Position numbers and translations under genes: made by a program. From positions 12,896,001 to 12,960,000 of the forward strand of contig OZ316776.1 in NCBI GenBank assembly GCA_973851085.1: DNA of 64,000 nucleotides, given 5' to 3'. Of the stretch, positions 1-12,310 are shown one piece after another. The DNA comes from Ptychomitrium polyphyllum. Taxonomy: Eukaryota. Positions within the stretch are counted from its first letter, which is position 1. Every line of letters begins with the position of its first letter. Below the pieces are notes generated by a model that saw only the letters and a program-made list of their open reading frames with translations, was not told where the DNA came from and ran no database searches.

Positions 1-3000
1 TCATTTGAAATTCATTTGGACATTTTTTATGAATGCAATTTCATCATTGTTTAGAAACTCTCTTATAGTCCTTAAAATTATACTTTTTACAAATCTATAC
101 ACTTCTCCAACACCATTTTCTTTGTAATTGCCATTAATTCTTTGTAACAAAATTGTTATTCTATTTTCTACTCAAATTAAGCCCAAATTCTCACAAAAAA
201 ATCCAAAAGTAAGATGAAAACATGTGTCTTCCTTTTAAACTTGTACTTTGTATATGATCTAAACAAAAACCAATTCATAGAATCAGAGGGTTGTTCAAAA
301 ATCAATGTGGAGCAAGCCCTTAAGGCAAAGTTTAAAAAAATTAATTGTTAGTTGCTATATTTATCCATCTTTGCAATATCAACCCCTATATATTGAATTT
401 GTGATGCACTATTATATAGGAGCACTAATATTTTCTTATAATAACAAACTTATGCCTCTCCTCTTCCATGATGTTTAATTCTTCCATACAAGAGACAATA
501 TAAGAAATAAATATAAAAAAGGTAGTAGAAGACAAAAAATAAGATGAAAGACTTTTAATGCAAATGGAACAATATAGTGAGAGATTGAAATCAATACGTA
601 AGATTATCCTACATAATTAGAAAAGGTAAAAAAATACTAATGCTTTTTTCCACTTTACTTTACTTCCAAATGTTGTAACTTCTAAAAATTAACTTTTACT
701 GAGAAGTTATTCTATGCAAAGAATCTTAAGAAAACTCTTTGAAACTTTTCCAGCAGCTTTTGGCTTTTAGTGTAAACCACTCCCTACCTGTGTTTTTATG
801 ACTATGTACATACCATATTTGAATACTCTTACCACAATCACAAATTGAAAAATGGACCACTTTTATAAATTTACAAACCAAATTATGTGCTATGTATCAC
901 CCTATCATTTCAGGATTCAATATGTACAACTTACATTCAAATCTTGGAAAATTTCATCAGTGCAGAACAATGTATTCATTTTCAAACAAGAAATCATTGG
1001 CATAACTGTCTATATAGAATTGTAATTTTTTTACAAATTAATCACCCAGAGTTGTAGCTGTGGTGCCATTATCTGTGAGTAGCACTCTCTACCAGGAAAG
1101 AAATGCCAGCTCGTAAATGTGTCAAAAGTCTGGAAAGTAAATATAAACAGTCACTGCAATGCAAACCCAGACTGCCTTCATTCATCCTTACTTCGTTGAT
1201 GTGTGGGATGAATGTTTGGAAACTAGAAGTGAAGTGCTTTAACTACCCGAGTTGCTAACACATTTACCGTGGCCATACCCTAATATCAAGAAAGGTTGAT
1301 AGGTACATTGCACAACAAGCTTTGACTTTGCTACTCTAGTAGGCTAGGCCAGCATTTTTCAAACATATCCATGTTGCCATGCAAACAAATTTTGTTATTG
1401 TAATTGACATGTCAATATCATATACACCCAGGCACATACAGAATGATTCACACGTCAATCATACACCCAAAGTGAGGAAAGCAGTAAAGAAAGAGAAGTC
1501 ACAACACCAATTGTGCCAACAAAGAATATCATGAGAGGAAAGGTATGAATAATGTTGATGAGTCACTGTCATGTCAACTATACAAGTAAACATCACCCAT
1601 CAAATTTATCTCATAAGTTGTGCAAGTGTAGAATTTCCACTATCAGAAACAATTGTAAGTTGCTGCACTCACTGTCTGAGTTTCAGTTCACATTAATATT
1701 CTTAATGTTATTCAGAGTTGAAGGAGGTTGGAGTATGAGGGGTAAGCACTTCACCTTGAAGGGTGAGTGAATATAGTTTGCCTATAAATGGAGAAGGATA
1801 CTAGTAATCATATTATAGGAGTTAAATTTACATTATGGGGATTTTGCTTATGTTTGAAGTACTCACTCTTAAATTTTATTTTCCTTTGAAATAATTGACT
1901 TTCACCTTGAAAGTTAAAAAGGTAAACAATCAATAATATTGATAGTGGAGACATATGGCATTGTGTGCATGAAAGTATGAATTTAGGTTGGGGGATTTGA
2001 GACATAGCTTCCTTCAATCTTTATAAGCGGTTTACATTAGAGGTCAAAGGTCATGATAAAAAAACTCTAAATCAAATCATAAGTACTTAAATTGAAATGT
2101 TCTTGAAATTTCACTTCACACAATGTTTTTCAAGGCCAAAGGCTGTCAAAAGGCAAGAAGAAGTGAAATGGTTTGGAATTCTGAAATTACATTTTACCTT
2201 AATACTAAGTGCACATGTCTCCATCATGTAGTGTTTATAAGGTTTTTTAGTTTTTTTTTTCTGAAAAATCATAACTAAATCATAATTATCATGATCAACT
2301 TACATTTGAATTTCAACCTTAGATAAGATGATATCCACATAGCATAGCAACAAATATAACCCTCATTAAAGTAGTGATGAGATTTTTTGTCTCACACTAT
2401 TCATTGCAACAATGAAACTTTAATATTAGTTGTATAATTTTAATGAAGTTAAAATTTTAATACTAATAAAATATTATTTCAATTCCAAAAAACATTATTA
2501 CAAATCAAGTGATGTTTCATGTATATTTTTATGTTTAGTTCACACTCAAATTGTACTAAAATATTATGTTGAAGTAATGAATTTTCTAATATTAATCCAT
2601 TCATGCATTGAAAAAACATTAAATAAACATTGATACAACAATGAATGGCTATAACATCATTTAGAAAGTAGTGAATTATTTGAAAGGGACTTTTGTAGTG
2701 AAAAACAAAGATCGTGAATTTTTTTTTTGTCTTTCATGGTTATGGTTTGCAATCCATAATAGAAAGGAGTCCATAACCTTTTAGGTTTAGTACGAGTACA
2801 AGGATGACATTTATTTATTAATCAGTTTAGGAATTAATTCTAAAACTTATTGAAACATGCATGATAAGAGATCACCTACTACAAATTTACAAATTTAGGT
2901 AGACAATGTAGATTCCAATGAAAAGCGCCCTGGGTACTGGTTCCAAAATGATGTGCCCAAAAAGGCATGGTTTGTACACCCATGTAAGCACCTCCAGTAC

Positions 3001-6000
3001 TTCATGAAGACCACCACTTATCACTGTTACCACAGGTATGTACCTCAACATTGTCATCCACTACATCCATTTCAACGTTCAAAGTACACAATATACAGAA
3101 GGTACGACCACATGTGTATGATTTGTAACATATGGGTTCTTCATCCCCAAGTAGATTTCATCAAATCATGAAAAATGTTGTCACACCTGGGTGTGACTTG
3201 ACGGATGGCAACTTGCAATGTCAAAGGTGCTCCTAGAAATGTGATAGCTATGTCACCTGAAATATACTGACCTCGGCAAACTGTTGTGATAGAAGGCTAG
3301 AAATGTGATAGCTCAAACTAATTAGCATATCTTATTACCATAGTACAGCGTATAACAAAAGAGCTATCTGAGTTCCAGTTTCTGAAAATCATAAAGTGAT
3401 TCCAAGTAGTATCAAAACAATTCCATTGTGAAATTGAAGCCTTCAGATAATTGGATTGAAGTGTTCATTGTTGAATTTGCCACAAGTCTCCGCTAGCTTA
3501 GAGCTTTGAACATATAGAGTCCAGCCGTTGACTCAGACATTGATGGGCCTCTCCTCTTTGCTAAAGAGAGACCTTTTCATCCATTCAAAGCCCTTGGTTC
3601 TTGATTATCTCCAAACATCAAGGACTTTTCCTTCAACCTTTGTAAACTCCAATTAACTTGTGGCAAGAAGATGTGAGCGGGTGTTATCAAGTTATTTTTA
3701 TTTTTATGAATTCTAAATTAAGATACACAAGTTTTTATTTGAAAGCATTTGTTGATTGAAATTTGTAAGACACCGATTACACCTACATCTTTAACAAATA
3801 ACACTTAACAATGACTATCATCTTTACTTTAAAGTGGTGGTATAAATGATCTTAAATCAAGAACATGTCAGAAAGTAATTTCATTTATCATAAAATATAT
3901 TTGGTTATAGTTATCTCAATGATTTTAATTTTAAAACTAAAATTGTGATGAATTGTAGAATTAATATGGTGAACATGTTACGATATTTTATAGATTATAG
4001 GTAAAATTTTGATTTACAACATTGTAACATGGTCCATTCTTGAAAGCACTAGAAAGTGACATTGATCATATTGACATAATGTTAAAGTTTCAATATTATA
4101 ATTAATTTCATATGAAAAATACATTATTGACATATTATATTACATCTAAGCATCAATAAAATGCATTTGTTGCTTGGACTTTAAGAAATTTAATTTTCTT
4201 TAGAGACATCAAAAGATTTTATTTTCATAAATATCAAAAAAAGAAATTCAAACATGAAAATAAATCATATTCAGTAAACACATTCAATGAAATATGTTAT
4301 CAACAAACAATTTTATAAGTCTTTATAGTATTGCAATTCACCAATATAGAAAATATGAGATGATTTAAATTGCAACAAAACAGATATGGATAAAAATATA
4401 TATAATTGTATATCTAATGGATTGTTAAGTACATAAATTATTAATATTTGAATTCAAGCACATATGTTTTCAATTGGATATTGCTTTTAATTTCTTACTA
4501 ATACAAGATTTATAAGTAAGTATGGTTCCTTGTACCATATTAATTGATTTTATTTTTTTTAAACTCAAATTTAAAACATACATTGACTGAAAAACAGACT
4601 TCAATGTTTTTTTTTAAAATTTAATTTAATTATAAGACTTGCATAACACAACACCAATCACAATTTCTTTACAAAATTAAGCATATTATTTACATCAAAT
4701 TATACTTTTCAAGGTTCTACTTCCACAATTTGCCATTAGTGATGATGATATTTACATGAGAAAACTAATCAATATAAGACCAAATGAAAGACGAAATGTC
4801 AAGTTCTTAAACAAAGTTTTGTGGTTTAAAAATTTGTGTTATCTATACAATGATGCCAAGCTTCTAATATCAAATAGATTTCAATTTGGGCGCTTGCAAC
4901 AAAATGAAGAATGAAATAGAAAATATGGTTGTTGGAGCAAAGGATTGTTGTTTCTTGTAAAATTCATCTTTTCATTACTTTTGTTAACACTTCCTAAATG
5001 TTAAGTTTAAGAGTTGCTTGGACAGTTTGGAGTGGAGATGCTCTTAGTCTTGAAGGATGTCTTGGAATCTTATCCATGGAATCGCAAGAGTAAAAAAAGA
5101 AATAACCAAAAAACAAAATAATTACTAAAAAAAAACATACAAGATAAAATAAAAGAGCATACAAAGTAACAAATCTGTATCGTCTGCACATGATGCATTT
5201 TAGTAGATGCTTTTATTATAAGCATATAACTTAATAAGGTACGCAGATCCATAGATGCCATAATGATTCTCCTATGTTCATTTTATTGACAAAATGTTAG
5301 CCTTCCGTTCATGGCTTAATTTCACGGCCTAATTGAAATCTGTTTACAGTTGAAGTACTAATGGCTGACACTTTGTTCCTCAAAGGAATAGTCATTATGT
5401 CTCCCCTGGGCCTGCCAACCTTAGTAGAAGTTGAGGTTGGTTAAACATTTGAGTCAAGTTGGCATGTTCAAATGTGCACTACACCTTATTCACCATGGGA
5501 CATCAACTTATTCCATGGTGGGTCTTCATGAACAAGAAATCTGGGGTTTCAAACCAGTCATTTGCAAGTAAGGCCTGCAGGATTTCAATGTTGGGTTGTC
5601 CCTCATAGATGTGTCCCTTCTAATTAGATATTCCTATTTTCCTGAGATGCAAAATTGTCATGAAGGCCCACAAATCAATTTTTCTTTTTAGCATTTAAAG
5701 TTAGAAGGCACCTACGAATTGGCTAGCACTTGGTTGTAAGAAAAAACTCTGAAACAAATTGGATGAAAAAGTCAAAATCTTCTCAATTTTTTATATTTAA
5801 AAATATATATATTGAATGAAATTGCCGACTTTGATGCAAAACAGTGGAAATATGTCACTGAAAAGAAAAATCCATTTAATGTATGGATGAATATGAAATT
5901 ATTTGGTTACTTTGCATTATGTAGTGCCACCACTTCTACATTTGCCCAAAAACATAAACTAAATAAATCACATGCCATTAAATAAGCTTCTCACATCAAT

Positions 6001-7604
6001 ATGCATAACTCACATGACCTGCTTGCAAGACAAGAAACAATACATTTACCATGGCTTTATACAAAACTAATAATTTCCTTAAATTTTTTTAAGTACAACC
6101 AAAAATCAAAATAACTTTTGTAGGTTTTCTATTGTTATTTTATAACCTATATATTTTCTTTGATCTAGTCTATTACATCTTTACATGTATAAGTGTTAGA
6201 TGAAAAAAGAAAAATCTTTGAAAATCCACAATATGTTGCAATAAAGAATAATCATTGCTTTTTCAAATGAACACAAACATGTTATGATTGCTTAGTTTTT
6301 ATAAAAGAAATATTATGCTTTGACTTTGTAAAGCCATTATAGAATAAATTCTTACTGTTTTAAGGATTTTTACAATAAATTCACAAGAATGGTTGCCTAT
6401 AAGCTCATGAATCCATGAAAGAAAATTAAAGAAATATTAATACAATTCTTTACCTTAATATATCATTAACCACTTCTTCTCACTAAAATTTTATTAAAAT
6501 TTTATTTTTTGATATTTTATTTTATTTTATTAATGCAATATAATAATTATACCTTATGAAGCTATAAATCATCACTTTGGAGTTACTATACCAAAAAATA
6601 ATAATTCTAATTCCGATTCCACATTATAATCTTAAATAATATGAAGCTGAAACAAGTAAAGATTCCAATGTTTTTAGAAAACAGATTAAAAATTTTACAC
6701 AATAATTTTCGAAGGTTGTGTATGAGAATTTCTAAGTTGTGCACAAAAAGTCCCATGGTTATAAAATGAATCTTTAAAATACAAGGTAATATTGAAGACA
6801 ATAACTTAAAGTTAAATCAATTTATTTTGAAATTGTGGTAAATGCTTATAAGAATGCAAAAATTATTTGGAATAAATAAGATTTTAACCAAAATCTCACA
6901 AACTTTTTATTAAATATAAAAATTAATTTCAAATGTAGCATTTAAGTATATAAATGTAATTGAAGTTCTAGTTACTTTATTCATTTTCATTATTGGATCT
7001 TTTTAGTAAGATTTTCTTATATCTTTCATGTTTTGGTAAAGAAATAAATCATTCAAAATTACATATCCTAAAATTTACTTCGAAGTAAATTCAAAAATTG
7101 AAAACTTTGGATTTCTGTCTAATTGTTTTGTTATTATAAAGTAATAAATGTAAAAACAAATAGATTATCATATCCTGCAAATCAAATAATTTCTATGTAG
7201 AATATGCCTTACAAATCGTGTAAATAAGATTAAATAAAAACATCAAATTAAAATGTACATGCAAGACAATTCCATGTAGGTAATCACACCACTATGAACA
7301 TCAGTAACAGAGTGCTCTCTAATGAATCAGTGGCGTTCAACTGCAAAGTATTAATAATAAAAGGTGTTTATGTTCATATGAAAATTTAAGAAATTGGAGT
7401 TCAAAGTTATGTTTGCACATCCGAATAATAGACAGAAGCAAAATAATATTGATGTTACTATTAACTCTGCCAATAACAATTATAATCATAATCATTTCAT
7501 TAAGTTAAATCAAATCTTAATAAATCAAAACTTCATGTAATTTATGATGCAAAGTACACATGAGCTCACCATTCTAAGATTCAAAAAAGCTAATTTAAAA
7601 AAAA

Positions 7605-7874
7605 TGGACCTTATTTCTAGTTTGATTATTGCATGATTCAATGATGTGGACATTCCAATACAAATTTGTTAACAAATAGCCTAATAAATAAGACCTATTT
7701 GTCATAGAGACACTTATTTTATTAAACCACACAATAGCTTGGTAGGCTACAACATTTTTTGGCCATACTTTAATTATTGTTCACTATATGTGGCTACAAA
7801 TTGTCAACCAACTACAATTTTAATACCGCAATGGCTAAAAGAAATTTCACTTTTACATTAATAATTTTTAAAAA
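7605..7874 (-). repeat. 3' LTR of the copia element (boundaries approximate)
   Basis: Diverged direct repeat of 10338-10592, with shared blocks tggacattc..tacaaat..aagaccta..gtaggcta..ttgtcaa in the same order. Confidence 0.65.
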
Positions 7875-10337
7875 TCTCCACCAACTAACATAATTGAAAA
7901 TTGACTCATTTTGGATTTTTTTGTCATTTCTTTGAATTTACAATATATTTCATGAATAAGACCTTTGATCAATACATCTACAATCATATTTAAAGTTCTA
8001 CAAAAACTAAGTCAACTTTGGAATTTTCAATCTTTTCACAAACATAATGATCTTGAACCTCAACAAACTTAGTATGAACATGGAATATAGAATTCTCTTA
8101 AAGAAAAATGCAGCTTTAATCATCATTGAAAATAGTCATGGGTCATTTTTGTAAAAATCCGTTATCTTTGTATAATTAGTAAAATCCAAAACCCTTCCTT
8201 TGTTGCATGAATAGCTGCAAAACAAACAACAAAATATATAGAAGTTATTCATACAACAAAAGAGGCGGTTTGATGTTATTAATAAATATCTTGGAAGCAG
8301 TCATTGGTTCTTTGTTATGATTTTTGCCAACCTACGCCACCGTTAACCAACAAAAATGTGCAGCTAGTAGTGGAACATTATTTGTCATTGTCTCTTGCAA
8401 TATTATATTGCAACAACCAATCATTTTCAGGATAAAAGAACTTCCACCATAATGCATCACATGATTCTATATACCTTTAATATATCAAAAAATCCTCCTT
8501 ATGGCAATCTAATGTTATGGCAATCTAATGTTATAGCAGACAACTTTCACTGCATAGGCAATATCAACTTGAGTGCTTATCATTGCGTTATTAACTTGGG
8601 TGCCTATCATTGCATGACCTAAATTGCCAATAGCACATTAATAAAGAACATTTATTATGCTTTCAACTTCCTAAAGAATTCGTGGATTCATGTTCTTTAA
8701 AATTTTGCTATTAGAATCTATATATGTAGTTAAAGATTTACTATCTTCTATGCCATATTTTGTTAGTGCATTTTCTAAATACTTTTGTTAAATGATTACT
8801 AAGGTCTTTAATAATCTATATGCCCAAATTATAGTAGATTTCTTTCAAATTCTATGTTTCAATTTTTTTTGCCAAATGTCATTGCAAACTAAAATCAAAA
8901 CATTAATGTAAAGAATAAAGATGATTCATTCATTAACATTCTTCAACAGACATATATTGGAATCTACATGAATTTTTTTTAAGCTTTGTAAAGTAAAGTA
9001 TTAATTGATCTTCTTCTACCAAGCTTTAAAAAATTGCTTAAAACCATATATAGTCCTCAAAAGCTTACAAATCAAAGAATGTTCACCTTTTGCAATGTAA
9101 TCTTCATGTTAGTCTATATAATTTATTTTCCCAATATTTCCATTTTAAAATGTAGTTTTAGCATGTATTTAATGAATTTTTAGATTTCAAATAGTATAAA
9201 ATGCAAGAAGTTTACAAATTGATGTCATTTTTACAATAAGAGCAAAAGTTTTGTCGCAATTAATGTATTCTTACTACGGATTGTTTTTAGCAACAAGCCT
9301 TACCTTATTTTGCTCCATTGAACCATCTACATTGAATTTAGTCTTGAAATCCACTTGCATTGAATAGAATTTTTATTCATTAATATAAATTGTTAAAACC
9401 TAAGTCTTATTGTCTACAAAACTTTGGTACTTTAAATTTATTCTTTCTTTTTACTTCAAAGTATAATTCTTTTCCACATTTTTAATAAAAAAGATAGGTT
9501 CTTTGATGCATGCGTAGAAAATATGTGCCTTACAAGTTGAAGAAAGTGATAGACTTTGAAGGCCTTTAAGCTAATGTTGATTCTTAATCATTTGACTTTT
9601 TGCCAATTCAAGTTCTTGTGAACAAGTTATCATGGATGGGGGTAGAGGTGGAGGTGGAAGTGGAAATGGAGTTAATAGAAATGAATTGTAGTAGCTTCTT
9701 GACGTCCAAGTGCATAAACGTGGGATAAAATTCTTTTAATTGAAAATTAAAGAAGTTATACAGGAATGTTGTTGATCTTTGTCAATGTCTAAATTTGTTG
9801 TTGCACTTTCATTTTTACTTTCATGTAAAGTCTATGCATTCTATTTTCACCATTACCTTTATAGATTTGTTAATAGAAACCTCAAGAATTCTTTTAATTA
9901 ATTCAATGTTCTTACATTCCACAAAATTAACATTGCGGCTCTTAAATGATTTAAGCACTTTAAATGTTGTAAAGATGATAGTTCTAAATATCTCCAACGT
10001 AGCAAAGTAAAACATATTCTATGCTTTTTAGAATCCAACTTAGTAATTTTTTTATTTTGGACATGTATATAAGCATTACATCCAAATAAAAATTGGTCAC
10101 AATTACAAAATCTTACTTCCGTTAATACACATATTATCTACGGTAATGGGACAATTAAGTGTTTCATTTGTAATTTTACCTTTTGTGCATATTGTTCAAA
10201 TTTGTTTCTTTTTACAATTCTTTTGGCTTCTTAAACCCACAACCATAGATTCTACTAACTTCTAGAAGTTCAAGCTTATTGCTTAGGACTCACATCTCAT
10301 TACTTACTACTCACCACTCACCGTTCATATGATAGCA

Positions 10338-10592
10338 TGTTCCACTTCTTATATTGCAAGTCATGGTCCAATAACATGGACATTCTAGTACAAATGTACT
10401 AATAACCAATCAAGTTAACAAGACCTACTTGACATGTGGACATTCATTTTATTAGGCCACATGGCTACTTTGTAGGCTATAAAGGCTATCCAACTAAAAT
10501 TCAACATACATGGTTACAAGTTGTCAAATGATTTTAAATGTCAACACCATAATGTTTAATATGAATCACACATTAAATAAAAATTTCTAAAA
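10338..10592 (-). repeat. 5' LTR of the copia element (boundaries approximate)
   Basis: Diverged direct repeat of 7605-7874. Ends in CA on the minus strand immediately before the PBS-like sequence. Confidence 0.65.
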
Positions 10593-12310
10593 AAAAAATT
10601 CATTAATTTCAAAAAAATAACTAAAACCATTTTGAACCATATTGTATGTTGTTTATGTATCTTTTCAAGATTCGACCAACTTTTCATTCATGAGTTTTCA
10701 TATAATGAACACATTGCATTGAATCATTGATAGGGTTTTCACTAAACATAGACTTTACAATGGATTATGAACTACTAAATGAAGAATCTTCTTTATTATC
10801 CATTTTCTGACTAAATGGAGATAGATTGCTCCAAAGGTTATTGGCAAGAACATATGTCACCAATTTCTTTGTTATAAGTGTTTCTACTCATGTGAAGAAG
10901 TTGCCAAACTCTCCCAGAACTTGCACACAGCAAATTCCGCAGCAGAGATTAAAAAGCCGGAAACACCAAAATATTAAACACAGATAAAAGAAAAACGAAA
11001 TAAAAATAGCAACTGAGTGCTCTGGAAGGCCGATGCTGAGATGAATTCCAGGAAAATAAACTAGCGATACTGTAGAACTAGAAGGGAAAAGAAATAGGAA
11101 ACAATTAAAAAAAGCAATAAAAAAGCATGGAAAAGAATAAAATTAATGAAAAGTAGGAGAAAGCTGTTACTAAGTTAACCAGTGTGCTGTTCCTGGGCGG
11201 TCTGTGACTTCCCAGAGCCAGGCAGTGCACTGAGCAGAGTGGACTGGAGTGTGCTAACTTACTTTCTTGAGCTGCTCCTTCTGGTCTGACAACCACACTC
11301 TCTCCCAACAGTCCCTGCTTTGGGCCCTTTCTCCTTTGCTTTTGCTTATCCTTGCTCCAGGCCCCACTTGCAAGCAGCCAGGCCCCCAAGTTTGCTTCTT
11401 CCGCACACTCACTGGATGTGCTCCAAAGGGGTGGGCCAACCTCAATCACAACTGCTGCTGCTTTGCTCCTGCAATAATCATCGCCAATGCTGTCATGTGG
11501 GGACATGCACACCGATACGATGGCTGAACATGGCTGTCACTTAGAAACTATGTCGTTTCGGCCTTGCTGCGCTCCGCATGGCGGTTTGGAGGTCATGGTG
11601 AACGTGTAAGGTGTTGTGGAGTTCGGATCTGAGTTCGTTGCGGGGACTAGGATTAGAAGCGGTTTTCAGTTTTGCACTGTTTGCTGGCGTTGTTGCGCAA
11701 CGGATCCTTGGTACAGTTGGGGAGTTTGGGAAGCGGGTTGGTGAGTTTTGTAGCTTCGTGTGGGGCCTTAGCTTTTAAGCTAGAATCCAAGTTGACATTG
11801 TTTGTTGTGCATTTCACCGTCTTTTGCACTTTCGGTGCGTGTGTTTGTTTGTGAGTATTGGTGACCGTTAAGGTGACATTCAAGTTTAGGAGGATGAACC
11901 TGGGTCTACATTGCACTGTGAGAACTTCAGCGCTGCTGTCGAAGACGTTCCGTGGGTTGAGGTAGAGACAGGAAACTATAGCTCCTGAGCTTTGAAGCTG
12001 AAGTGTGAGGTTGTGTTCTCCATCGCCATAGCCATGTTACCATCTGAAACTAGCAATGCCATGGCTGGTGTGCATATTTCATAGCTCCACCGCCACCTGG
12101 CCTCCTTGACCACCAGATCTACAACAGCCACCTCTAAAACTTCTTGGTGCCTCTCTCTGGAGTCAGGTGGCTGCGTCGGCTATGGTTGGGTGAGGATCTG
12201 GGAGAAGCATGATAAACAATGTGCACCACAGTAGCATAGCAAACATCTGAGCAGGTGCAGATTTATCATCTGAAGCAAATCAAAACCGTCTGGATTCCAA
12301 AGTTCATTAC

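Larger units (their letters stand above)
7605..10592 (-). mobile_element. Decayed, internally deleted Ty1/copia LTR retrotransposon (both LTRs, PBS, integrase C-terminal remnant, RT, RNase H)
   Basis: Minus-strand translation through stops and frameshifts gives copia motifs in the expected order: FGCNAYIHVQNKKITKLDSK (~10030-10090), KTKFNVDGSMEQNKVRLVAK..DKTFALIVKMTSICKLLA..ICKLLRTIYGFKQFFKAW (RT, ~9010-9350), AMISTQVDIAYAV (~8550-8590), and IFHVHTKFVEVQDHYVCEKIE..MIVDVLIKGL (RNase H, ~7960-8100). A degenerate PBS TGCTATCA follows the LTR end CA at ~10330-10337. A purine-rich tract lies at ~7876-7886. A-runs flank both ends. Confidence 0.88.

Noticed and set aside
900..3700. Less AT-rich islands with splice-like signals, including a possible plus-strand exon 2899-3035 encoding ...KAWFVHPCKH (Atg3/Atg10-like HPC)
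   Set aside because: No consistent exon chain could be built on either strand, and a 3-4 residue motif is not enough. Could be a pseudogene or lncRNA; needs RNA-seq or BLASTx.
3700..7250. AT-rich tract with a faint Helitron Rep-like segment (IDYR*NFDLQHCNMVHS, ~3990-4040)
   Set aside because: Too degenerate to classify. Probably transposon debris.
11105..11544. Several overlapping 63-135 aa ORFs upstream of the kinase
   Set aside because: They arise from the GC/pyrimidine-rich promoter-leader sequence and show no protein-like features.
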